A stretch of 64,000 nt of DNA from an uncultured delta proteobacterium (GCA_963733195.1 CAVTCR010000059.1:160001-224000); one strand, 5' to 3'; positions 50,276 through 60,926 are shown, counted from the first letter of the stretch. The notes: a model not told the origin generated them from the sequence alone. A program made the numbers and translations.

Positions 50276-51988
50276 ATGGCTGATTTTGATGTTCTCATTC
50301 GTGGTGGCACCGTCGTTGATGGTAGTCGTTCACCTCGTTATCTCGCTGATGTTGGCATTAAGAACGGGAAAGTTGCCAAGATTGGCAAACTCAACCCCAG
50401 CGATGCCAAGAAAACGCTCGATGCTAATGGGTTAATCGTCGCTCCTGGCTTTATCGATCTACATACCCATTATGATGCGCAGATCAACTGGGATCCCTAT
50501 TGCACCCTGTCGGGCTGGCATGGCGTGACCTCGATTGTAGTAGGAAACTGCGGGTTTGGTTTTGCTCCATGCAAACCGGAACTGCGCGATCGAGCCATGC
50601 TTACTATGTCGCGCGTGGAAGCGATTCCGTTTGATTCAATGAAAGCGGGCATGAAGTGGGATTGGGTCACTTTTCCTGACTGGATGAATTTCCTCGATCG
50701 CACGCCGAAGGGTCTGAATGTCCTCAGTTTTGTTCCACTTGCACCGATCATGATTTGGACAATGGGACTCGAAGCGGCGAAGAGCCGTGGCGCGACCGAC
50801 AAAGAAATGCAAGAGATGTGTCGCATTGTCGAAGAAGCGCTTAATGCAGGTGGCTGTGGCATCTCGGCGCAACGCTTAGGTAATGGTTTTGTCTCGGTGC
50901 AGCGTGATTATGACGGCACTCCCATGGTGACAGATACAATGTCGGATGACGACATGCTGTCCTTCGCCAAAGTGCTTGCCAAACGTAATGAAGGCTTCAT
51001 CCAACTCACCCAATCGAGTCCAGAATTCCAACAGGATATGGACTTCTACGATAAGTTGGCTGACGTATCCGGCCGTCCGATTCTGTTCAACGCGACTGCC
51101 GTGCGTGACGATCGTCCATCGATCCATCGCCGCATCCTGCGCTGGATAGAAAAGACCAACAAAGCTGGCCGCAAAATTTACAACCAGACCGCTGTCATGC
51201 GCCAGGGACTCTATTTCACCTTTGGTGATATGAACCTGTTCGATGGTAACGATGCGTGGCGTGAAGCGACGATGGGCACGCCGACCGAGCGACTGATGAA
51301 GCTCAAGAATCCTGCCATGCGGCAAGCGTTGGTCGCCGATTACGACACCGGCCACACCCCAATCGTAACGGGTTCTTTCAAGGACTTTACCATTGAATCT
51401 GTCGGTGATCCGAAGTTGCAGAAGTATGTTGGCAAGACTGTTGAAGAGATCGCTAAAGCGGAGAACAAGCATCCAGTCGAAGCGATGCTCGATATTGCCA
51501 TTGCCGACAATCTCCGGACCGAATTTGAAACACCTGCTCGCAACATGCGTGAAGATTATGCTGCTGAACTCATGTCCTCGGAACATAGCATCGCCGGGGT
51601 GTCGGATGGTGGTGCGCATACTAAGTTCATCACCATTGGTGCGTATCCGACTGACATGCTCTCCTGGATGGTGCGTGATGCGGGCTTCATGAGCCTGGAA
51701 GAAGCGCATTATCGCCTCAGTGGGATGCCGGCACAGTGCGCAGGCTTTCAGGATCGTGGCGTCCTCAAAGAAGGCGCGCCGGCAGACGTAGTCGTCTACG
51801 ATCTACAGAACCTGAAACTCACGCCGAGCAAGCCAAAGGTCGTGCATGACTTCCCGGCTGGCGAATGGCGGCGCGTACAATACGCTGAAGGCTATCGCTG
51901 GATCATGGTCAACGGCGACGTGACCTTCGAAGACGGCAAGTGCACCAACGCCACGCCTGGCAAACTCCTCCGCCACGGGCGCGGGTAG
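50276..51988 (+). CDS. N-acyl-D-amino acid deacylase-family amidohydrolase
   Basis: APGFIDLHTHYDAQ, HGVTSIVVGNCGFGFAP, SDGGAH. Confidence 0.9.
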   Translation: MADFDVLIRGGTVVDGSRSPRYLADVGIKNGKVAKIGKLNPSDAKKTLDANGLIVAPGFIDLHTHYDAQINWDPYCTLSGWHGVTSIVVGNCGFGFAPCKPELRDRAMLTMSRVEAIPFDSMKAGMKWDWVTFPDWMNFLDRTPKGLNVLSFVPLAPIMIWTMGLEAAKSRGATDKEMQEMCRIVEEALNAGGCGISAQRLGNGFVSVQRDYDGTPMVTDTMSDDDMLSFAKVLAKRNEGFIQLTQSSPEFQQDMDFYDKLADVSGRPILFNATAVRDDRPSIHRRILRWIEKTNKAGRKIYNQTAVMRQGLYFTFGDMNLFDGNDAWREATMGTPTERLMKLKNPAMRQALVADYDTGHTPIVTGSFKDFTIESVGDPKLQKYVGKTVEEIAKAENKHPVEAMLDIAIADNLRTEFETPARNMREDYAAELMSSEHSIAGVSDGGAHTKFITIGAYPTDMLSWMVRDAGFMSLEEAHYRLSGMPAQCAGFQDRGVLKEGAPADVVVYDLQNLKLTPSKPKVVHDFPAGEWRRVQYAEGYRWIMVNGDVTFEDGKCTNATPGKLLRHGRG

Positions 51989-52014
51989 CAATCACTTACC
52001 TCTCTACTTGGGTT

Positions 52015-52149
52015 CCCTCTCCCCTTGCGGGAGAGCTTGTCCTTCGCGTAGTCGGAGGAGGCCAGGGTGAGGGGGAGTTTGTTTTTGTAAGGGCAGCCCG
52101 ATGTGGCTGCCCTTTTCATTTTGTTGGGGCACGGCACGCCGTGCCCTTT
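52015..52149. repeat. Cluster of several REP-like palindromes, one nested in another
   Basis: CCCTCTCCCCTTGCGGGAGAG[CTTGTCCTTCGCGTAGTCGGAGGA]GGCCAGGGTGAGGGG; GTAAGGGCAGCC..GGCTGCCCTT; GGGGCACGGCACGCCGTGCCC. Confidence 0.7.
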
Positions 52150-52380
52150 TTTTCGCCATCAGCGCTGTCGTATACGCTGTGCGCATTCTTCTGTTTAGTG
52201 CGAGGTGTCAACAATCATTGACACCCACAGCGCTGTGTCCCTAAGAAAACCTACAAGAATATTGCTGGTATGTCGCTTGCTGTAACTGCGAGAAGAAGGA
52301 GCTTGCATTGTGATGTTCTTGCTGAACTAAAAGCGTTCGTTCGCGAACGGTCAGACGATTTTTCACAAGGGGAATACACT

Positions 52381-54420
52381 ATGGAATTCGATATGGTTTT
52401 CGAAGGCGGTGGCGCGAAAGGAATGGCATTTGTTGGTGCTTTAAGAGCGTTAGAAGCGGGCGCGGCATACTCACCGACGCCTCATTGGGACTTCTGCGGG
52501 GGCAATTACTGCGACCCTACTAGCAGTCGGGTATAACGCCAAAAAAATGGAACAGGAACTGGAGGTTGCATCGTGAGTTTTCCCAAGGGAAAGCGCGCGT
52601 TTGCCAACGGTCATGGACGACTCCTGACAGGCGGCATACACTATGAACTCGACATGGTTTTCGAAGGCGTTGGCGCGAACAAGCATGGCACTATGTAGCT
52701 GCTTCACGGAGCGTTAGAAGCCGACGGGCACACTCACGACGCCTCATTGGGACTTCTCGGGGGCAATTACTGCGACCCTACTAGCAGTCGGGCATAACGC
52801 CAAAAAAATCAGCAAAGGACTGGGGAAGACTAGGACTTAAAGGAAAACCCGTGTTTCGTCCAAGTTCAAGGAGGCGGGTTCTATGGCCAGCGATGCGCTG
52901 GTCGGTGATATCTGCCACTTTAGCTTCAACACTGATCAGGCGGACAGCGATTTGGATGAAAGGGGCGATGCCTGTGACAACTGCCACACAGTCGCCAACC
53001 TTGATCAGGCGGACAGTGACGGGGATGGCCTGGGCGATGCCTGTGACAACTGCCACACGGTCGCTAACACTGATCAAACAGACTCGGATGGGGACGGCAT
53101 TGGGGACGTGTGTGAAGACGAGGATGGGGATGGGGTGATCGCTATTCTAGACAACTGCCCCACGGTCGCTAACCCCGACCAGGCGGATAACGATTTCGAT
53201 GGCCTGGGCGATGTGTGTGACCACACCGCGGTCCACGACCTGGCCATCGAGAGCCTCAAAGCCTCCAACGTCACTATTCAACGGAAGGTGGGCTCCGGCA
53301 CCATTAACGCCAATGTGAGCGTTGATAACCTACAAAATCACCCCGAGCAGGCCTTCCTTAACGTTGCCCTCACCGGGTTGCCTAGTGGGTGCCAGGTGAC
53401 CGCCTTCACTGCTGAGCTTCTAAACCAGCTAAGGAAGACATTTGAAGAGCAGCATCACTATGAAGCATCTTCAAGTGAGATGAACAGCTTGACTCATCAA
53501 GGAACGAGTCTCCTCGACACTGAGCATGGAAAGTGCGCTCGAGACAAAAAAATCATCAAAGCACTGGATGAAACTGCAAATGAGAGGCTTATCCGACGCT
53601 CTTATTCGAATTCCTTGAACGAGGCGGGTTATATGCCGGCAATGCGTTTCTCACCTGGCTCACAGAGAGTACTTCAACGAACAACAACCAGGCTTTGCTA
53701 GTCTGACGCTTCGAACAATTGCACAAAGAAACCGGTAAAGATCTCAGCCTTGTTGCTACTGATACCACTGCGCATGAGATGCTCATGCTCAATCATCGTA
53801 CTGCGCCCAAATGCCCTGTAGTGTGGGCGGTGCGTATGTCAATGAGTATTCCTTTTGCTTGGCAAGAAGTGCGGTGGCTGCCTGCATGGGGATCCTATCG
53901 CCTGCTGAATACCAATGGCACCACTATAGAGAAAGAGATTGATCTTACCGGCCACGCCATTGTTGATGGCGGGGTATTATCAAATTTCTCCTATCAATTT
54001 GTTCACATCTTTTCAGCCCTCGATCATGGGGAGTACACTGGCCGAGCCGCAAAAAAAGTCCTTGGGTTGCTTATCGATGAGATCGCTCCTCGTCAATGGC
54101 GCACCCCTCCTCCGAAAGGATCGAGAGCCTGAAAGCCCCGACGTCACGATAACGGAAGTGGCTACGGCACGATGAGGCCAAGTGAGACGTGAAGAATTAC
54201 AGATCACGCAGCAGCCTTGCTTAACGCTGCTACGTGTTAAATACCATGATGGACGCCTCACGAGAAGACGCGAGCCTCAAGCGGCTAAGAGCATCAAGTG
54301 TGGCAACGATCATTGCCGGCAAAGGACCTATGGAGTACGAACAGTGGACACTATTTGATATGACTGATGCAGAAAAAAAGCGCTTGTGGATGCCGCACGA
54401 GCAAGCACAACAAAAGTCCA
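52381..54420 (+). pseudogene. Patatin-like phospholipase: fragmented, 5' end duplicated, interrupted by TSP3 repeats
   Basis: FEGGGAKG and GTSAG (twice); later [13 protein letters not shown]..., AVRMSMSIPF and DGGVLSNF in different frames. Confidence 0.75.
52883..53410 (+). other. Thrombospondin type 3 (Ca-binding) repeat coding fragment inside the patatin locus
   Basis: Repeats of [17 protein letters not shown]; more GC-rich than its flanks. Confidence 0.75.
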
Positions 54421-54461
54421 TTTACAAGGGCGCAAGCCTGAGTATCAATGCTCATTCCGTC

Positions 54462-54578
54462 GTGCCAATGCGCTTCATGCTTTGATAGAGCTCAGCACGA
54501 ACGGAAAAGGTGCTGCGATTTCGCTACTCGCACCCGTTCAGGGCCCTGTAGCCTGTCGAAGGTGCCAATGCGCTTCAT
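54462..54578. repeat. Pair of inverted REP-like elements flanked by 17-bp direct repeats
   Basis: GTGCCAATGCGCTTCAT at 54462 and 54562; inside, GCTCAGCACGAACGG...CCGTTC...GCCTGTCGAAGG. Confidence 0.65.
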
Positions 54579-54600
54579 TTCAGAAAGGAACACTATAGGT

Positions 54601-55887
54601 TCACTCAAACCGTTTCTCTCCCGTTGCAAACAAATCCCAAACCACCGTACCTACCAACATCACGCCAATCGCTAGATAGAAAACCATATTCCAGTCACCG
54701 GTCCATTTGACGATAAATCCGGTGATGATCGGTGCGAGAATGCCGGGAACCGTGGCCGCGGTGTTGGTCATGCCGACTAATGCACCTGCGTACTTTGGTC
54801 CAATATCAAGGTGGTTAATCCCCATTCCTGGAGAGAAGCAGGCGAGAAACCCGAGTCCGAAAGTAATGCAGAGTACCGCGAGCATCGGTGAGACAACGTG
54901 GGTCAACAAGAATAAGCAGATCGCTGCGCCAACAAAGGCGACAGTTTGCCACAGTTTGCGAACGAAAGTGATACTGGTACCGCGCCGAATCATGCCGTCA
55001 GCTAGCCATGCTGAGCCGTTGCCGAAGAACAGCATGGCAATGTACGGGAACGTGGCGTAGAGGCCCATTTCACTCAGCGAGAACCCACGTGCTTGGACTA
55101 GATACACAGGGAGCCAGGTTAAGAACGTGTACCATGTCCAGTTGGTACAAAAATGCGCGCAGAGCAGCGCCCAGAAGGCACGTTCGTGCAGAATCCGACT
55201 CCAGGGAATCACTTCTGCCTTAGGAGTCACATGCTGTCCTTCAAGAATGTGCTCCAACTCTTGCTGTGAAATCCGCGGGTGATCCTCTGGATTACTTGTC
55301 ACAAGAAGATACCACGCGGCACTCCAGACGAGTCCCAGCGCACCGAACAGATAGAACACCCACGGCCAGCCAATATGCGTCATGATCCACACCGCCGTCG
55401 GAAAAGCGATGGCGAGACCGATATACATGCCACTAGCCAATACAGCTCCGACACGTGAGCGTTCGCTAGCAGGAACCCAGCGCGCCATGGTGGTGTAAAG
55501 ACACGGTGGGCTCATACCTTCGCCTAAGCCCAGCGCGACGCGAACAGCAATCATCGTCGACGTGATAGTGGCAAATGGCGTGAGCATTGTGACTAATGAC
55601 CACCACGCGACTGCGCCGCCGAGGATGCCCTTAGTGCCCCAGCGATCCGATAACCAACCGCCAGGGATTTGCGTGAGAAAGTAACCGACAAAGAAGGCCG
55701 AGAGTACCGTTCCCATCACCGCCGGGTCCCAGCCGAACTCCTGCATGAGCACCGGCGCGACAACCGAGATGTTGACACGGTCCATGTAGAGGATCACGAC
55801 GCTCAGGCACAGAAGGGTGACCACCGTGAGCCGCTGTGGCCATCGCTGTACACGGATTGCCATCACCGCTTGAGATGACGTCGCCAT
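54601..55887 (-). CDS. MFS transporter, anion:cation symporter (ACS) family
   Basis: YMDRVNISV, QIPGGWLSDRWG, GLGEG, 12 TM segments. Confidence 0.92.
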   Translation of the reverse strand: MATSSQAVMAIRVQRWPQRLTVVTLLCLSVVILYMDRVNISVVAPVLMQEFGWDPAVMGTVLSAFFVGYFLTQIPGGWLSDRWGTKGILGGAVAWWSLVTMLTPFATITSTMIAVRVALGLGEGMSPPCLYTTMARWVPASERSRVGAVLASGMYIGLAIAFPTAVWIMTHIGWPWVFYLFGALGLVWSAAWYLLVTSNPEDHPRISQQELEHILEGQHVTPKAEVIPWSRILHERAFWALLCAHFCTNWTWYTFLTWLPVYLVQARGFSLSEMGLYATFPYIAMLFFGNGSAWLADGMIRRGTSITFVRKLWQTVAFVGAAICLFLLTHVVSPMLAVLCITFGLGFLACFSPGMGINHLDIGPKYAGALVGMTNTAATVPGILAPIITGFIVKWTGDWNMVFYLAIGVMLVGTVVWDLFATGEKRFE

Positions 55888-55912
55888 CGGGCCTCCTTTT
55901 TGTCAGTACGGA

Positions 55913-55938
55913 GTAGGGGGCGCAGACGTGCCCCCTAA
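55913..55938. repeat. GTAG-type REP palindrome
   Basis: GTAGGGGGCGC-AGAC-GTGCCCCCTA. Confidence 0.6.
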
Positions 55939-55942
55939 CGGC

Positions 55943-56272
55943 TTACCGATTATGGGTTGGTACGAAACGTGTCGCGTCGTAGCCGTCCGCTACACTTGGT
56001 TGTTTGAACAACTCCACAGCTGACGCGACCTCGGCTAAAGAGAACGTCAGATGCAACAACCGCTGTGCGTCCGCAGGCATGGCGTCGAACGAGAATTGGT
56101 CGAGATACGCGATGGCTGCATCCATGTGTGGAAGGATAACATCGTAGAACGCTTGGATTTCTGCCATCGAACTCGACAGGCGTTTACGCTGACGGTCTGA
56201 CTCAGTCGCCAATGACCAGGCAATAAACGGCTCCAGATCGGCAAATGCTGTTGGTAACTGTCGCTCAGACAT
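55943..56272 (-). CDS. Small conserved protein next to the Rieske oxygenase
   Basis: LPTAFADLEPF..WSLATE..R..KRLSSSMAEIQAFYD; purine-rich RBS; 109 aa. Confidence 0.75.
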   Translation of the reverse strand: MSERQLPTAFADLEPFIAWSLATESDRQRKRLSSSMAEIQAFYDVILPHMDAAIAYLDQFSFDAMPADAQRLLHLTFSLAEVASAVELFKQPSVADGYDATRFVPTHNR

Positions 56273-56297
56273 ACGCTCTACCCTCTCTCCTCCGGTT

Positions 56298-57537
56298 CTA
56301 TCTCTCGCGATAGAAACCAACGTGATCCTCGTGCACTTTGTGATCGTGGCGAATGAGAATTTCCTGATCTTGCAGGATGAAATGGGTTTTCGCTCCTGAC
56401 GCCAGGACCTGCTGGGTGTTCTCCAGCGTATTAGCGTCTTCCATCAACACGTCACGAAAGAAGGATTTACTGTATTCTTGACTGAAACGTTGCCCAACGT
56501 TCTGAGGCTGTGGAAGATAATAGCGCACTTCCCACAAGGTGCGATCAACCGCCAGCGGCCACATGTTGTAGGTGAAATACGACCCTTCGGAGACATCGAC
56601 GAAGAAGTTCGGGAAGACGACGTTCAAATCCAACGCCCAAGCGGGATGTCGCGTGGGATTGACCCCTGGCGGCAACGAATCGGTCGAAAATTCTTCACGA
56701 ATCAGTAAGGCGCCGAAGCGATAGGCTAACGCTTCAACCGGCGTCGGTCGATGTTCGGAGTTGCCAAACACTGACATGGTATGGTGACGGGGATAGAGTT
56801 TGTAATCGAGCCCGTGCGCGAACGGATTGCTCTTGCCGGTGAACGCATCGGGAATAGACCGTTTATGGAGAAATGCCACATGATAGGCTTCTTGGAAGGC
56901 ATCCTTGAGGATCTTCCAGTTGGCACGCAACTCCGTCTGCCACGAGTAGCAGACCGCCGAATGTTTCGTGAATGGATAGCCCTCTAAATTTTGCGCCCAT
57001 TCACCGAGATACTCTTTCAGACTTTCCTGTGGTTGTGGGTCGAGGTTAATGAAGATGAACCCTTGCCAGGTATCGGTAGCCACAGGTGTCAGGCCATGGT
57101 TCGCTTTTCTTGAGTTCAAAGAAGTTCTCTTCATCTGGAACGAACGTCAGCTTTCCTTCCAGATTATACGTCCAGCCATGAAACTTGCAGGAAAAGTTCT
57201 GACACGAGCCACGCTGATCCCATGCGAGTTTATTGCTGCGATGGGAGCACACATTGTGAAAAGCACGAATGCGCCCGTCTTTGCCACGAACAACAAGCAG
57301 TGAGGTTTTTCCGACCGGGAGATCCTTGACGAGATAATCGCCTGGTTTAGGAAGCTCTTCCTCGCGTCCAACATTGAGCCACACTTTGCGGAAAATGCGC
57401 TCGCGTTCCAGATCAAAATACTCTTGGGAGATATAGGGCTCGATCGGTACTGGACCGGTGCCGAGCTCTGGATACAAGTCATGCCACTTCTTGCCGTTTG
57501 GTGCTGCAGCTATTTCAGCTTTCGTGACTGCTGCCAT
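56298..57537 (-). CDS. Rieske non-heme iron oxygenase alpha subunit; frameshift near 57100
   Basis: CSH...CKFHGW Rieske motif; NWK, EAYHVAFLH and MEDA mononuclear Fe ligands; AAGGAGG RBS. Confidence 0.9.
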
Positions 57538-57768
57538 AGAAAGCCCTCCTTTACGAGTCTGTGCTCGGGCGATTTCTCGCCTTGGTTTCCCCATTCCTGC
57601 CCTTCCCCATACCTCAACTACTCCCAAGATCGGTTTTGTAAAAGGGGGGATGCCAGGTAACCTCTGGCATAAATTCGTTGACAGCGCCATCGTAACTGAC
57701 GTACAGTGCCGACATATCTCTTCCCGGTTTTTCTGCTTCTCCCTCTCACCTGAAAAAAGGAGGTCGAC

Positions 57769-58398
57769 ATGAGCGTGCCTACGCTACCGAAGGGGAAGGT
57801 AGCAATCCTGGTGATGGATTGCCAAAACGATATCGTCCACGAACAAGGGAAGTTCGGCGGCGCTCTCACTGGGGGTGCGATGCCGAGGACAATTAAAGAG
57901 AGAAACATTCTCGGCAATATCAAGAAGCTTATGATGGCTGGGAGAGCGGCCAAGGTTCCTGTCATCCATGTGCGCCATACCTATCGGCCTGATTATGCAG
58001 ACTTGCCCGGCAATGTCGGTGTCTTTCAAGCGATCAAAAAGGCGCAGGCCCTTCAAGATGGTACCTGGGGAGCAGAGATCCATGCTGACCTGACGCCTGA
58101 CCCGTCGGATTGGGTCATTACCAAAACGCGGGTGAGTTCCTTTTACGCCAGTCCGCTCGAAGGCATTCTCCAGGCGCAGGGTATTACGCATCTGGTACTG
58201 ACTGGTATTGCGACAGATGGAGTCGTCGAAGGCACGGCTCGCGACGGTGCTGATCGCGGTTACTCCATTCTCATCCCTGACGATTGTTGCGCGGCGACTA
58301 CGGAAGAAGCTCATCGAGTGATTCTCGGTGGGATTTTGTCGGCGCTGACAACGGTGTGTAAGGCAGATGAAGTGATTCAGGCGCTCCCGCGCAATTAA
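57769..58398 (+). CDS. Isochorismatase-family hydrolase lacking the catalytic Cys
   Basis: MDCQND, TKTRVSSF, GIATDGVVEGTARDG. Confidence 0.85.
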   Translation: MSVPTLPKGKVAILVMDCQNDIVHEQGKFGGALTGGAMPRTIKERNILGNIKKLMMAGRAAKVPVIHVRHTYRPDYADLPGNVGVFQAIKKAQALQDGTWGAEIHADLTPDPSDWVITKTRVSSFYASPLEGILQAQGITHLVLTGIATDGVVEGTARDGADRGYSILIPDDCCAATTEEAHRVILGGILSALTTVCKADEVIQALPRN

Positions 58399-58471
58399 GA
58401 ATGAAGAGTGTAGAATGAAGAATGAGGAAAGAAAGAGTTTTTCCACTCTTTACTCTTAATTCTTCATTTTC
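58393..58471. repeat. Inverted pair of heptamer arrays (AATGAAG family)
   Basis: AATTAAG AATGAAG AGTGTAG AATGAAG AATGAGG...TTCCACT CTTTACT CTTAATT CTTCATT. Confidence 0.8.
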
Positions 58472-58486
58472 TGTAAGGAGCTGTGC

Positions 58487-59680
58487 ATGAGTGGTGCGTT
58501 AGCCGGTATCCGTGTCATCGACTTCACTAACAATCAGGCTGGCCCGTCTTGTGGGCAAATGTTGGCGTGGCTCGGCGCGGATGTGATTAAGCTCGAAGAG
58601 CCAGGGAAAGGTGACATCGCGCGGCAGAGTCTCAGCGACCGCCCCGACGCCGACAGTCTGTTTTTCCTGACCTTTAATGGTAATAAACGTAGTCTCACTC
58701 TCAATCTCAAAAGTCAGCAAGGCAAAGAAGTCTTTCGCAAGCTGCTCAAGACGGCGGACGTCCTCTTGGAGAATTTCGGACCTGGTGTCCTCGAACGGTT
58801 AGGGTTTGGGTATCCAACGCTCAAACAACTTAATCCACGCCTTGTGTATGCCAGCATTAAAGGCTTCGGCAGTTACGGACCGCACAGTCATTTCAAGAGT
58901 TACGAACCCATTGCCCAAGCGATGGGTGGAGCAATGAGCGTTACCGGGTTCGCTGACGGTCCGCCGACCTTTACCTGGGCGTGTATTGGCGATTCGGGGA
59001 CCGGCATGCACTGTGTTATCGGTATCCTCGCGGCGCTCATGCAGCGACACACAACTGGTGAGGGGCAACAAGTCGAAGTGGCTATGCAAGAAGCGGTAAT
59101 GAATTTGGTGCGAGTCAGCCTGCGTGATCACCAACGGTTTGGAAAATCGGTCGAGCGTACTGGCAACCAACTTGGTCCGGGAGTTCCGGGAACGATCTAC
59201 CGCTGTCATCCCGGTGGCCCAAACGATTATGTATTTGTTTTTGCCCAGCAACAAATGTGGGAGCCGCTTCTCCGTGCGATCGGACGTGAGGATTTAATCG
59301 GCGATGCACGCTACAACAGCGCCAACGCGCGTCTCGAACGGGTGGCTGAAGTCAATGCGTTGATTGAAGCATGGACCTCGCAACGCTCAAAGTTTGAAGT
59401 GATGAAAATTCTGGCTGACGCCGGTGTGCCGTGTGGTGCGTGCCAGGATACCGGCGAAGTGTTGAACGACCCGCATCTGCGGGCACGGAATATGATCGTT
59501 GAAGTCGAGCATCCGGTGCGAGGGAAGTACCTGTCGGCGGGGAACCCAGTACGACTCTCTGCTTCGGATGTACCGCAGACACCAGCTCCTTTGCTTGGTC
59601 AGCACAACTTGGAAGTTTTACGGGAATTGGGCTACCGCGACGCGGAGATCTCCGCGCTCAAGGAGGAAGGAGTGATTTGA
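58487..59680 (+). CDS. Family III CoA-transferase, formyl-CoA transferase-like
   Basis: QAGPSCGQMLAWLGADVIKLE, NKRSLTLNLK, ENFGPG, catalytic Asp in GDSGTGMH. Confidence 0.88.
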   Translation: MSGALAGIRVIDFTNNQAGPSCGQMLAWLGADVIKLEEPGKGDIARQSLSDRPDADSLFFLTFNGNKRSLTLNLKSQQGKEVFRKLLKTADVLLENFGPGVLERLGFGYPTLKQLNPRLVYASIKGFGSYGPHSHFKSYEPIAQAMGGAMSVTGFADGPPTFTWACIGDSGTGMHCVIGILAALMQRHTTGEGQQVEVAMQEAVMNLVRVSLRDHQRFGKSVERTGNQLGPGVPGTIYRCHPGGPNDYVFVFAQQQMWEPLLRAIGREDLIGDARYNSANARLERVAEVNALIEAWTSQRSKFEVMKILADAGVPCGACQDTGEVLNDPHLRARNMIVEVEHPVRGKYLSAGNPVRLSASDVPQTPAPLLGQHNLEVLRELGYRDAEISALKEEGVI

Positions 59681-59769
59681 GGAGTAGAGGAAAAGGTAAA
59701 ATGGGGAAAAGGAGAAAGAGTCAGATACAGGACACGCAATACGTAATACGCGTGATACGTGAGTGCGTG
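59679..59769. repeat. Octamer array followed by a heptamer array
   Basis: GAGGAGTA GAGGAAAA GGTAAAAT GGGGAAAA GGAGAAAG; GATACAG GACACGC AATACGT AATACGC. Confidence 0.65.
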
Positions 59770-59813
59770 TTCAAGAAACCGAGCAAAACTAACCCATAAA
59801 GGAGGGTACTGTT

Positions 59814-60926
59814 ATGGCAAGCTACGGTATCATTTCGGCGGATTCACACTTTGTTGAGCCACCAAAGATGTGGGGAGAACGGCTGGACAAGAAGTTCCGC
59901 GACCGTGCGCCTCACACCGTGCGCGGGCTCAATGGCAAGGATGGTGAGTTCTTCGTCTGTGAAAACATCAACCCCTTTCCTGTCGCCGCGTTCTTTGGTG
60001 CTGGGGTTCCGTCAGAGCAACTGCCGGAACACAACAAAAAAGGTATGGAGCAAGCTCCAGCTAGTGTCTGGGATCCGGCCGCCCGCGTCAAAGACCAGGA
60101 CCGCGACGGTGTCATCGCCGAGGTGATCTACACCTCGATGGGTATGCCGTTATACATGCTCGATGACGTCGAGCTGCGGGCCGCTTGTTTCCGCGCGTAC
60201 AACGACTGGGCGGTCGACTATTGCAGCCACAATCCCAAACGACTGCTGCCTTTGGGGTTGCTCACGCTGGAGGACATTCCGGCGGCTGTAGAAGAACTCA
60301 AACGTATTGCCAAGAAGGGCGTGCGCGGGGCGATGATTTGGGCGGAGGCCCCCGATGACAAGCCGTACAACCATCCGGACTACGATCCCTTCTGGACGGC
60401 TGCTCAGGAAGCCAACTTCCCGCTCTCTCTGCACGTCCTTACCGGCCGTAAAGGGACTGGAGTCGACTTCTTCAGCGGCAACCTGGCGCTCCAGGCCTCC
60501 ACACTGCACCACGAAGTGGAGCGCTCGCTGGCTGTGTTTGTCCTGGGTGGAGTACTGGAACGGTTCCCCAAGCTGACGATCATCTCCGCTGAGAACGATG
60601 TAGCCTGGATGCCCTACCTCATGTGGCGGATGGACATGATCCACAGCCGTCTGGGGGCCCTCGCTGGCGTGAAGCTGGCCATGAAACCCAGCGATTATAT
60701 CAAGCGGCAGGTGTACGCCACCTTCATTAACGAGCCGATATTCATCAAAACGCTTGACATCTACGGCCCAGGCAATGTGATGTGGTCGTCAGATTATCCG
60801 CACACTGCCGCCACCTGGCCACGGTCGCAGGACTTCATCAACAAAACCTTCAACGATCTATCTGATAATGACCGCCGCTTGATCGTTCATGACACCGCCG
60901 CGAAGGTCTACAGAATCGAAGTGTAG
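59814..60926 (+). CDS. Amidohydrolase_2 family protein
   Basis: ISADSH, YNDW, SLH, GVLERFPKL, WSSDYPH. Confidence 0.9.
   Translation: MASYGIISADSHFVEPPKMWGERLDKKFRDRAPHTVRGLNGKDGEFFVCENINPFPVAAFFGAGVPSEQLPEHNKKGMEQAPASVWDPAARVKDQDRDGVIAEVIYTSMGMPLYMLDDVELRAACFRAYNDWAVDYCSHNPKRLLPLGLLTLEDIPAAVEELKRIAKKGVRGAMIWAEAPDDKPYNHPDYDPFWTAAQEANFPLSLHVLTGRKGTGVDFFSGNLALQASTLHHEVERSLAVFVLGGVLERFPKLTIISAENDVAWMPYLMWRMDMIHSRLGALAGVKLAMKPSDYIKRQVYATFINEPIFIKTLDIYGPGNVMWSSDYPHTAATWPRSQDFINKTFNDLSDNDRRLIVHDTAAKVYRIEV

Noticed and set aside
52381-54420. Patatin as a CBASS-type effector
   Set aside because: No cyclase or other defence genes are adjacent, and the locus is fragmented
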